Below are positions 19,485 through 27,879 of a stretch of DNA of 64,000 bases, in pieces (positions within the stretch are counted from its first letter, which is position 1; each line of letters begins with the position of its first letter). Below the pieces are notes generated by a model. It saw only the letters and a program-made list of their open reading frames with translations, was not told the origin of the DNA and did not search any database. The DNA is taken from the IMG/VR virus record IMGVR_UViG_3300007770_000001, one strand, 5' to 3'. The DNA comes from a virus. Taxonomy: Duplodnaviria; Caudoviricetes. A program made the translations under genes and the position numbers.

Positions 19485-20077
19485 TCGTTCCCACAGGCTT
19501 CACTACGCTCGACCACCACGCCAAGGGGTTTCCCCGACCGGGGATCACTCAGATGTGGGCTCCTCTGGGAACCGGCTTCTCGGAAGTCGCGGTCCAGGTT
19601 CTCAAGACAGCCATCGACCACGGGCACCGGGTCCTGTTCCTCGACTACGTGATGGCTCTCTCCAGCGAGGCTCTCGCCAAGCATGGGCTTCGGTTCACGG
19701 ATGATGCGCTCATCTACTGCTCCCCGGGAACCGTACTGGACACCGAAGCGTTCATCGAGCAGCACCTGTCCGACCCCGACGGACCGCGGATCGTCCTGAT
19801 GTACCACCCGGACTACGTGGCACACACCCCTGGAACTCCCCAGTTCGCCCTCTGGACCGATGCTCTCCCCCGAATCCAGGCTCGAGTCATGACGGCGAAC
19901 GCCTGCGTGGTCGGATTCTTCTCGGAGCCTCGGTTCAACGACGAACCCCCCAACGGCACCTGGCGACACCACGCGAGTATGCGGATCCGTTGGATGCCAG
20001 ACCCCAGCACGGGCCTCTGGAAAGTCCACATGAGGAAGTCTCGGGACATCGTCCCCGAGAGGCCCTTCTCTATCTGA
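19481..20077 (+). CDS. Degenerate RecA-fold protein B (Walker A K->F)
   Basis: VPTGFTTLD..GFPRPGIT..APLGTGFS...VLFLD..ALS..L.K.G...LIYCSP, and RHHASMRI (cf. RecA KFYASVRL). Confidence 0.7.
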   Translation: MIVPTGFTTLDHHAKGFPRPGITQMWAPLGTGFSEVAVQVLKTAIDHGHRVLFLDYVMALSSEALAKHGLRFTDDALIYCSPGTVLDTEAFIEQHLSDPDGPRIVLMYHPDYVAHTPGTPQFALWTDALPRIQARVMTANACVVGFFSEPRFNDEPPNGTWRHHASMRIRWMPDPSTGLWKVHMRKSRDIVPERPFSI

Positions 20078-21035
20078 CCTGGGAGATTCTCTCCCAGGAC
20101 TTGCCCTCGAGGAGACTCCACATCCGGAGTTGCTCCAGGGCATGGCGAAGAAGACCGATGTCCCGAGCGCCCTTGTCTATCTCGACGGGGGCATCTGATA
20201 CGGTCTTCGCGAGCTCCCAGGATACCCGTACCTGTTGGGCGTTCTCTCGGAGCTTCTTGGAGAGGCTTGGGGACCTCCACCGCTTGCCCTGGAACTCTCC
20301 CGTCAGTATCCCCGCCTCAGCGTCCTGGAGGAGCTGGGGGATGCTTCTGGGCGGTCCTGCGAGGAGCTTCTTCGCCCACCCAGGCCCACATCCAGGGCAT
20401 CCTGGGATGTCATCCGCTCCGTCCCCCGCAAGGCCCAGAACCTCGGCGACTCTCTCCGGACCGACTCCCCAACGCTCGCGCACGGTGTCTGGGGTCCAGA
20501 TCGCGTCGCTGTCCTTGGGACGGGCTGAGATGACGTGGACCTTGTCCGTGACACACTGGTGGAGATCCTTGTCCCCTGTGTAGAGCGCGACTCGGGAACC
20601 CTGGCTCCCGTAGCGCGCCGCGAGGGTAGCCATCGCGTCGTCCGCTTCGAATCCGGAGGCACGGGCCTGACTCCAGCCGAGGATTCCCAGGAGTCTCCGA
20701 AGGACTCTCTGCTGGGCGAACATGGAGTCCATCTGCGCCTGCTTCTCCGGGTCCGGGGGCACTCGGCGGCTGGCCTTGTATCCCTCATAGAGGGCCGTTC
20801 GGTGAGTGTAGCCTCCTTCCCAGCACACAGTGACTGAGCAGGGCCTGTCGGCGTACCTCTTCCAAACACGGCCGACGACCGAGAGGAACCCGTAGATCAC
20901 TCCCGTGAAGATCTCTCGCCCCTCATCGTTGACGAACGAGAGTTCCGAGTGCGCATAGGCGGAGCGATGGACCAGGTGCTGGCCGTCGATCAGAATGTGC
21001 GCGTAGTCGTCGTTCTCTTCGAAGAAGAATGGCAT
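20070..21035 (-). CDS. 5'-3' exonuclease / flap endonuclease (PolI N-terminal / T5 D15-like)
   Basis: LIDG..LVHR, TGVIYGF, R..LYEGYKASR, GFEADD, TGDKDL.Q, GLAGDGADDIPGCPGCG helix-3-turn-helix motif. Confidence 0.92.
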   Translation of the reverse strand: MPFFFEENDDYAHILIDGQHLVHRSAYAHSELSFVNDEGREIFTGVIYGFLSVVGRVWKRYADRPCSVTVCWEGGYTHRTALYEGYKASRRVPPDPEKQAQMDSMFAQQRVLRRLLGILGWSQARASGFEADDAMATLAARYGSQGSRVALYTGDKDLHQCVTDKVHVISARPKDSDAIWTPDTVRERWGVGPERVAEVLGLAGDGADDIPGCPGCGPGWAKKLLAGPPRSIPQLLQDAEAGILTGEFQGKRWRSPSLSKKLRENAQQVRVSWELAKTVSDAPVEIDKGARDIGLLRHALEQLRMWSLLEGKSWERISQVR

Positions 21036-21061
21036 GGTCACCTGGTGGCTGGCCACCGAAG

Positions 21062-21358
21062 TTACCGCCCTTCCACGTCGACGGGACGGGCCCAGTCCTG
21101 GAGGGTGCGCGCGGCCTCGCGGCGGGCGCGGCGGATAGCCCTCTCGACGGTGCTGGAGTTGACGGAGCTCAGGGAGAGCTCGACACCCTGGACGCCGAAG
21201 CGGATGGTGGTGGTGACGAGGTTGAGACTACCGGGGTTGATGGTGGTCGTGGCCTCGAAGCCATCCCAGAAGGCCCAGCCGGTGGCCGCGTCGTCGGAGA
21301 CGTCGATGTTGGCGTGGGCGGGGAAGCAAGCGGCGAAGGCGGTGCGGTCGATAGTCAT
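21062..21358 (-). CDS. Small paralog 4 of tandem family (98 aa)
   Basis: RBS GAGGA; C-terminal helix ERAIRRARREAARTL. Confidence 0.7.
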   Translation of the reverse strand: MTIDRTAFAACFPAHANIDVSDDAATGWAFWDGFEATTTINPGSLNLVTTTIRFGVQGVELSLSSVNSSTVERAIRRARREAARTLQDWARPVDVEGR

Positions 21359-21387
21359 GGGGTTCCTCGGGTCCTTTCCTCGATACT

Positions 21388-21415
21388 GTTACGTCGAGGC
21401 CGCCCCAGAGGAAAC
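21388..21415 (-). promoter_or_regulatory. GTTTCC-N16-CGTAAC motif
   Basis: Exact consensus, 30 nt upstream of ATG 21358. Confidence 0.7.
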
Positions 21416-21418
21416 CCT

Positions 21419-21715
21419 CTACGGGTCGATTTCTTTGGCTCGCTCTCGGAGAATCCTCGCCGCCTCTCTTCGAGCCCGCTCGATGGTTTCTCGCGGAGAG
21501 TTCCCGGAGAACTCTGCGAGGTGGAGACCGTTGAACCACACCTCCACGCTGTATCGAGCCTTCTTGTCCGGACCGTAGTCTCGCACCTTGAGCCCGAAGT
21601 TGCCCCAGTAGGTCCCAGCTTCGGGGGGATTCCTGTAGGGGTCAGACCACAGGTGCTCGGGGTGGGGGGAGATCTCCTGGATCGCCTGGAGGACCTGGCT
21701 ACACATGTAGCTCAT
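21419..21715 (-). CDS. Small paralog 3 of tandem family (98 aa)
   Basis: NFGLKVRDYGP..ARYSVEVWFNG...ETIERARREAARIL. Confidence 0.7.
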   Translation of the reverse strand: MSYMCSQVLQAIQEISPHPEHLWSDPYRNPPEAGTYWGNFGLKVRDYGPDKKARYSVEVWFNGLHLAEFSGNSPRETIERARREAARILRERAKEIDP

Positions 21716-21722
21716 GAGGCCC

Positions 21723-22010
21723 CTACGGCTTGATGTTCCGGGAGAGGTCCTGGAGGTGGGTGTGGGCCAGATACCGAGCGTCCCGGACTGCCTGTTTGAG
21801 GGCGCACCGGGAGGCCTCTCCAATAGGCTTGCCGCTGAACCACACCTTCGCTGTGTATCGGAGGGTTTTCTCAGGTCCGTGGTCCCTCAGATAGATGCTG
21901 AAGTTGTCCCAGCAGAGAACTGCTTCCGGGAAATCGGGAAGATGGTCTACTCGAGCCTGCACAAGTGGTGGGGCCAGACTGCGGAGGGTCTTGATGTCTT
22001 CGGGGGTCAT
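21723..22010 (-). CDS. Small paralog 2 of tandem family (95 aa)
   Basis: NFSIYLRDHGP..LRYTAKVWFSG...QAVRDARYLA. Confidence 0.7.
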   Translation of the reverse strand: MTPEDIKTLRSLAPPLVQARVDHLPDFPEAVLCWDNFSIYLRDHGPEKTLRYTAKVWFSGKPIGEASRCALKQAVRDARYLAHTHLQDLSRNIKP

Positions 22011-22017
22011 GATATCC

Positions 22018-22326
22018 TCAGGCGAGATCGATGATGTAGAGGTCTTCGGACATTTCCCGGAGCCGGGAACCGGCCTTCTGGCGGGCCTTCAGGATGGCGA
22101 GACGGAGGGTGACTTCCTGGACGTGTCCCAAGGGACACCCCGCATCGAGGCCGTCGATGAAGATGCAGACCCCGTAGGGGAGGGGGAAGCGCGGTGACTT
22201 CTTCTCCGTCACCAGGGCCCTGAACACCCCCCACCTCACCTCGGCGTAGGGATGGTCCTCGGAGATCGTGACCTGGGCTCCTGGGGGGAAGCGGGGGGCC
22301 AGGTTCTCTACGGTGAGTTCGCTCAT
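22018..22326 (-). CDS. Small paralog 1 of tandem family (102 aa, most divergent)
   Basis: PYGVCIFIDG...LAILKARQKAGSRL; GGAGG RBS. Confidence 0.6.
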   Translation of the reverse strand: MSELTVENLAPRFPPGAQVTISEDHPYAEVRWGVFRALVTEKKSPRFPLPYGVCIFIDGLDAGCPLGHVQEVTLRLAILKARQKAGSRLREMSEDLYIIDLA

Positions 22327-22328
22327 GA

Positions 22329-22823
22329 CTACATATCCTCCAGCTTGGTGCCAACGAGGGCAATGGTGTCCCCACCGAGGGTCTGGCACAGAGGGCCTCC
22401 TGCGTGGGTGAGTGCGATTTCGGTCCTCTCGTCCCCATTGCGAACAACGAGGATGACCGGGAGATCGTTCCGCTCGGACCAGTTCCGACGATCGTTCTCG
22501 GCGAGAATGCGGCCGATGCGCTCGTGGAGCTTGCGAAGAGAGAGGGTCCGGTCAAGGACAGCACGACGGCAGGCCCCCACTTCCTGTAGACGGGCCTGCC
22601 GGACTGCTTCTTCTCGCTTGGCCCTCTGCGTGAGCTCATCTCGCCGAGCCTCTGCACAGGGCTTGCAGGTACGACCCTTGCCGCCTCGAGCGGACACGAC
22701 TTGGTGGCCGCCTCGTCCGAGGCTCTCTCGCCACTGTGCCGTGTACTTCCGGACCACCCAGATCGGGGCTGTTTCGATTTCTCCCAAGTAGGGAGTGTTG
22801 CAGCGGGGGCAGCGACGAGACAT
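22329..22823 (-). CDS. Hypothetical protein with CxxC pairs (164 aa)
   Basis: CPRC and CKPC motifs; first gene downstream of a promoter motif. Confidence 0.65.
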   Translation of the reverse strand: MSRRCPRCNTPYLGEIETAPIWVVRKYTAQWRESLGRGGHQVVSARGGKGRTCKPCAEARRDELTQRAKREEAVRQARLQEVGACRRAVLDRTLSLRKLHERIGRILAENDRRNWSERNDLPVILVVRNGDERTEIALTHAGGPLCQTLGGDTIALVGTKLEDM

Positions 22824-22853
22824 AGGGTTCCAAATGCGACTGGGTTCGGGGGA

Positions 22854-22881
22854 GTTACGCCCACCCCGAACCCAGGGAAAC
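22854..22881 (-). promoter_or_regulatory. GTTTCC-N16-CGTAAC motif overlapped by a 12-bp inverted repeat
   Basis: Exact consensus; inverted repeat arms at 22840-22851 and 22864-22875. Confidence 0.7.
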
Positions 22882-22898
22882 CCAGCCAGGCCCTTGAA

Positions 22899-23195
22899 CT
22901 ACCGGACGGCTCGGAACTGCGCTGCTGCCTGCGCGATGGCCTTGTTGTTCCGAGTGGACGTGCTCTCCAAGGCTTCCACCAGATTGGGCAATCCGGCCGA
23001 TGCCTGGATCTTCTCCGCGATGGTCGCTTCGAAGAGCCTCACGAATACCCTGTCCGTGCGTCGGATGTAGAGACCCCATTCCTGTCGATGGTTGGCAAAG
23101 TACAGACTCTTGCCGTTCTTCAGGGTGACATCAGCAGAGACCTCTGGGAATCTCCGGCTGAGCTCCCGATCCTTGTCCTGGCTGAAGTTGGGCAT
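22899..23195 (-). CDS. Hypothetical protein (98 aa)
   Basis: AGGAGA RBS; MPNFSQDKDREL... Confidence 0.6.
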   Translation of the reverse strand: MPNFSQDKDRELSRRFPEVSADVTLKNGKSLYFANHRQEWGLYIRRTDRVFVRLFEATIAEKIQASAGLPNLVEALESTSTRNNKAIAQAAAQFRAVR

Positions 23196-23205
23196 CTGGG
23201 ATCTC

Positions 23206-25563
23206 CTACTTGGCCGCTGCCGCCTGGGGCTTCTGGACGGTGTACCAGGAGGTCTCGGGGACGATGTTGACCACCAGACCCCCAGAGAACGTGAAGAAGA
23301 TGCCCTCCTTCTCGTCCTTGCCCAGCTTGACACCGAACTGAGTGGCGAACTCATCCGCCTCGTAGCGGGTGGCGACAGCCTCGAGAGCGCGGGGCAGGAG
23401 GCCGGTACAACCGATTTCCATGACCAGACCCTGGAGGGCGTCGTTGGCCTCGTTGATGGTGTTCGTCGCCACGTCGAGGTAGGCGACGATCTCCTCGTTG
23501 GAGGCCCGCTCGTCGGAGAGCAGGAGGGCGTCGAAGGCGGTGGCCATCAGGTCGTCGGCATCGGTCCAGGCCCCGCGTCCCCGTGGCTTGACGGTGTAGG
23601 TGTCCCCGTTCTGGTAGCCCTGCAGCGTCGGCTTGGCGATCGCCGTCTCCCCGTTGGCGACCTTGTACCGCTTCTTCAGGAAGGCGTTCCCAGACTTGAA
23701 CTTCTTCTTGCTCAGGATGCCCACGGTGCCGAAGTTGACCCGATACCGTGTGTAGGCGTCGATCTCGCCCTTGCGCACAGCCTCGTCCCGGTCCGTGTAC
23801 TCGTACATGGTTGGGGGAGAGAAGTACAGGGCGGGGGTCAGGTGAACAGCCTTGAGGGCGGCGACCTGGGTTCCGCTGTACGGAGAGGCCTGTCCCTTGC
23901 TGACCATTGCGGAGAGGGCCTTGGAGCGGGCCATGGCCTGGTTCCGCGAGCTCACCAGGGCCAGGATGTCGGAGGGAGTCGGGCAGGTGTCCGACTCGAG
24001 CCGGAAGCGGCGCATCTCGATGTGCACCAGCTGCCCGGGCCGGAAGCCCTTGGCCACCTCGCTCGGGATCATGAACGGGGTCAGGGCGGTCCAGGCCTGC
24101 TCCGTGTAGATCCGCAGGGGGATCTTGTCCACGTTGCGCTCGCCGCTGGAGATCACCGTGTAGGACCGGAAGTCCTGAAGGCGGCTCACGTCGACGAACT
24201 GGACCTCCCGGACGATCTCGCCCTCGGACAGCTTGAGATCGACATCCCGGACCGTCTCCAGCTGCACGGAGGCGTCGGTCGTGTTGAACTTCATCCCGCG
24301 GATGAAGACCCGGTTTCCTCGTGGCTGTAGGGAGGCGGCCAGCGGGATGACGTTCCCCTCCGGGTCCCGGCGACCCGGGATGCGACGCAGAGAGCGCCGC
24401 CGGTAGGAGGAGAGGAAGCGGTCGGTGTCCAGGCCAACGCTGCGGGCGGGGAGCCCGTTGAGAACGTCAGCCAGTGTGAACAGGTTGTACTGGGGCCGGA
24501 CGTTGCGGCCCATCTCGTAGGCGTCACTGTTGCCCGCGAGGACCCAGGCGATGAGGTCCTCGAGCATGTCGGACAGGGTGGAGGGGGTCATAGCGCTCTG
24601 GTGCGCATCCCACAGCGTCTTGTTGCCACTGGCGAACAGGACCTCCTTCGCCTTCCGGAGATCCTGGAGGCTGGTGAGCGCCATGGTCAGGGCCCCGTGG
24701 AGGTAGGTGTCCTCCCGAGAGACGGCGTGGACACCCTTGGCAGCCTTGGTCGTCGCGGGGACCTCGGTGATCTCGTAGATGTCCACCACCTCGTTGGCGC
24801 CGACACCTGCGAGGTTGAGCTCGCTGTGGGAGGCGTTGACCTGGCCAGTGGTGCGGTTGATCGCCAGGAGGAGCCCGTCGTTCTGCGGGGTGATGGTCGT
24901 AGCCGGGGCGACGCCTGCGGAGAGCAGCGTCTGGGTGTCCTTCATCACAGTGAGGACTTCCCGGAAGGATCGGGCACGGACGGTGGTGCCGGAGAGCGCG
25001 TTGGACATCGCGTTCATCCGGGGCCAGTCGCACCAGGATCGGTAGCCGATGCAGTTCAGGAACAGACCACCCACCTTCCGGGCGTCGGAGACGAATCGGT
25101 CGAGGTTCCGGTTCTCCTGGTAGGAGGAGGGGGAGTTGGCGTAGCCATCGGTGAAGAGGCTCATGCCGGTGGTCTCGCCCTTCCGGACGTGCTTGAGGCC
25201 GAGGTTGAGGGCCTGGCTGATCCCGGTCAGGAAGCTGGCCCGGATGGCCCGGAGCTTCTTGAGGTAGGGGTTGTCCAGCTTGAGGACCTCGGACACGGGG
25301 ATGCGAACCCAGTGCTCGGTGACGTCGCCGTGGGTCGAGAACGAGATCAGGGTGGTGAGCACCCCCTCGTTGGTCATGGACTCGACGGCGAGGGACTGCT
25401 CGAGGCTCTGCTTGAGCTTCTCGATGTCGCCCCACATTGAGCCGGAGCGGTCGATGACCATGATGTGGTGGCCCACGGTGGCCGAGGGGGTCGGAGGGGT
25501 CTCAGGGGTGAGCGGCTTCAGCAGGAACAGGGAGCTTGCAGTGCGAATGAATCTGGTCGACAA
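23206..25563 (-). CDS. von Willebrand factor A domain protein (~785 aa)
   Basis: MIDAS motif VIDRSGSM...T...LFTDG. GGAGG RBS before TTG 25563 (track start 25611). Strong codon bias. Confidence 0.85.
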   Translation of the reverse strand: MSTRFIRTASSLFLLKPLTPETPPTPSATVGHHIMVIDRSGSMWGDIEKLKQSLEQSLAVESMTNEGVLTTLISFSTHGDVTEHWVRIPVSEVLKLDNPYLKKLRAIRASFLTGISQALNLGLKHVRKGETTGMSLFTDGYANSPSSYQENRNLDRFVSDARKVGGLFLNCIGYRSWCDWPRMNAMSNALSGTTVRARSFREVLTVMKDTQTLLSAGVAPATTITPQNDGLLLAINRTTGQVNASHSELNLAGVGANEVVDIYEITEVPATTKAAKGVHAVSREDTYLHGALTMALTSLQDLRKAKEVLFASGNKTLWDAHQSAMTPSTLSDMLEDLIAWVLAGNSDAYEMGRNVRPQYNLFTLADVLNGLPARSVGLDTDRFLSSYRRRSLRRIPGRRDPEGNVIPLAASLQPRGNRVFIRGMKFNTTDASVQLETVRDVDLKLSEGEIVREVQFVDVSRLQDFRSYTVISSGERNVDKIPLRIYTEQAWTALTPFMIPSEVAKGFRPGQLVHIEMRRFRLESDTCPTPSDILALVSSRNQAMARSKALSAMVSKGQASPYSGTQVAALKAVHLTPALYFSPPTMYEYTDRDEAVRKGEIDAYTRYRVNFGTVGILSKKKFKSGNAFLKKRYKVANGETAIAKPTLQGYQNGDTYTVKPRGRGAWTDADDLMATAFDALLLSDERASNEEIVAYLDVATNTINEANDALQGLVMEIGCTGLLPRALEAVATRYEADEFATQFGVKLGKDEKEGIFFTFSGGLVVNIVPETSWYTVQKPQAAAAK

Positions 25564-25650
25564 GGGTCCTCCAGGGTGGATTGCCCTTCTGGTTACCGTA
25601 TCGCAATGCATTGTTAGGCAATATCGCGACTATAGATTTGGTCAGGTGTC

Positions 25651-27879
25651 ATGACTGATTCACGCCGCCAAGCTGTCCGCGCCGTCATTGCTGGGTCATG
25701 GGGATACCTCCCCTGGGAAGGTGATGGTCCTCATGATGAGCGTTGGCGTGTCCTAAACAAGGTGAAGTCCAAGCCGGCCTTCGACTACCTCAAGAAGGAG
25801 CTGACCCGCATCCGGAAGCAGAGCGAGGATCCTGAGAGAGACAACGTGTTCGAGTACTGGACCTGGTTGGGCGCTCTGTTCCTCTCTTCAGACTCCCTCT
25901 ACGCTGCGGTGCCAAAGCCACTCCTGAAGGAAGCTCTCAAGGCGCTGGACGAGATGCGGGACTGTGGGGGATACGAGGCCTGGGTCGCCCAGTGGAAGGA
26001 GCCGGGGAGCATCGGTCCCGCGCGCAAGGAAGTCAAGGAAGCCCTGGAGCAAGCTCTGAAGAAGCCTGCTCCTCTCCACATGTGGCGCACTGATTTTGAG
26101 AAAACGTCGGCGCTCCGTGTGCTTCTGAAGTTCGCAGAGACTCGAGACCCCAACGACTTCGGCACCAAGACGCACGTGACCCACAACTCGGAGATGGGCC
26201 TCCCCACCGGGAACAATGGGTCTGATGAGGTGTCATATTCGGCTCTCCCCCCGGATGCTGCCCATCCGGGAGCCCACGGCCGGGCAATCGGTCCCACCAA
26301 CTTCAACACTCCGGATATGGACCGCGACCTCCAGCCCCGGACTCTGGGTGTCCCTGGTGCTCAGACAACCGAGCACCCTGTCAACGACACTACGGATGGA
26401 ATCGTGACCCGTAGACCCCAAGCTTCCGGCTCCTGTACGATGGGACACTCCCTGGGATGGATCTCACCGAAGGGAGTGATTCATCGCATCCATGTAGATC
26501 ACGGAGTATGGGCTCTCAATCGTTTCGAGAAGGATCCTCAGTTCCTGGCCTGGCGAGGGCCCAAGCCCAAGTTCGGGAAGTCTCCTCGTGATTGGCTTGT
26601 ATCTACAGGTTGGGTGGCTGTCACGAATCTGTACGCAATACAGATCGGCGGGGGCCTCAAGGACCTCTCCCCAGGGGCACGTCAGGGGCTCCTGGAGCTC
26701 ATCAATGACTGTGCAGGCTCTGCGATTGTAGACCCCTCCAAGACTGTCTTCTTGGACCAGGAGAAGGGAAACGCCTCGGATTCCCGAAGGATCCCTCTCG
26801 AGGAGTTCGTCAAGGAAATCGGCGGGCAGAAGGCTCAGGACGAGTTCTTCGATGCGCTCCTGTCCCGAAGGGCCTTCCTCCGTCTGGCCGTGTGGAAGCA
26901 GAGGTGGAAGCCCGGCAAACGGCGGCGGAAGCAGAGGGGACAGGCTCGAGCCAAGAGTCGCGCCTACTACCGCAAGAACCGGGCGAAGCTCCTTCGGAAG
27001 CAGAGGCGTCGTCGGTCCAAGAGCTCCTGGAAGAACAACCCTGCTCGGAAGCGGAGCGAGGCGCGGCGGAAGAAGCAGAACCGGAAGATGATTGGCTCTC
27101 GCTTCTCCGTCAACATCCGCCGGGTGGCTCTCCTGGCTTCCAACTATGCGGTTCCTACAGAGCGGGGTGGGGAGAACGGACGCCCCCAACGTCGACAGCG
27201 CACCACGGACAAGCGCAAGGACCAGATTCGGTATCGAAAGAACAAGAACCAAAACCGGCTGAAGTCCCGTCGTCGCTACCACCTGAAGTGCAAGAAGAAT
27301 CCTCGTTGTATGAAGCGACGCGAGATGTACCGGAAGAACCCGGGACGCTACGAGAGACGTGCGCCCAAGAACGCTTCGGTCCTCACGATTCCGCAGATCA
27401 CCTTCGTCCTGGGTCCGGAGCACCTCCTCTGCCACGTTCACTCGGTCTCTCCCCTGACCGGCGTCGTCACCTTCCAGGTCCATGAGCGGGATGTGTCTCC
27501 CATCGCGTCCCTCCCTGTAGAGGTCCTCCTCCGCGTAGCGACCTTCATGTCGGATGCGGATACCCTGGCCTTCATGGAGCTCGTAGAGACCGAAATCGGT
27601 CTGGATGCCTATGAGGATCTGGACCACGAGGGTCTCTTGGCTTGCGCCCAGATCCAGGGCTATGACGTGGCTTCCGAAGAGTTCTCGGCCAAATGCGCTC
27701 CGTTCACGGACGGGCTGGGTCTCGAAGATCTCCAGCCTGCCAACATCGAGCTGATCGCAGATGCTCTGATCGACGGGGCTCACCTGGCCCCTGCCCCTCC
27801 GGAGAACGTGGATGTTGAGGATATCGACTTCTCCTCCCACCTGTTCTATGGCCAAGTGAGCCACAGAGAGGAATCATGA
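25651..27879 (+). CDS. Multidomain (polyvalent-type) protein, 742 aa, with Lys/Arg-rich repeats
   Basis: Contains a WISPKG..DHGVWA module and two highly basic ~60-aa tracts. Confidence 0.7.
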   Translation: MTDSRRQAVRAVIAGSWGYLPWEGDGPHDERWRVLNKVKSKPAFDYLKKELTRIRKQSEDPERDNVFEYWTWLGALFLSSDSLYAAVPKPLLKEALKALDEMRDCGGYEAWVAQWKEPGSIGPARKEVKEALEQALKKPAPLHMWRTDFEKTSALRVLLKFAETRDPNDFGTKTHVTHNSEMGLPTGNNGSDEVSYSALPPDAAHPGAHGRAIGPTNFNTPDMDRDLQPRTLGVPGAQTTEHPVNDTTDGIVTRRPQASGSCTMGHSLGWISPKGVIHRIHVDHGVWALNRFEKDPQFLAWRGPKPKFGKSPRDWLVSTGWVAVTNLYAIQIGGGLKDLSPGARQGLLELINDCAGSAIVDPSKTVFLDQEKGNASDSRRIPLEEFVKEIGGQKAQDEFFDALLSRRAFLRLAVWKQRWKPGKRRRKQRGQARAKSRAYYRKNRAKLLRKQRRRRSKSSWKNNPARKRSEARRKKQNRKMIGSRFSVNIRRVALLASNYAVPTERGGENGRPQRRQRTTDKRKDQIRYRKNKNQNRLKSRRRYHLKCKKNPRCMKRREMYRKNPGRYERRAPKNASVLTIPQITFVLGPEHLLCHVHSVSPLTGVVTFQVHERDVSPIASLPVEVLLRVATFMSDADTLAFMELVETEIGLDAYEDLDHEGLLACAQIQGYDVASEEFSAKCAPFTDGLGLEDLQPANIELIADALIDGAHLAPAPPENVDVEDIDFSSHLFYGQVSHREES

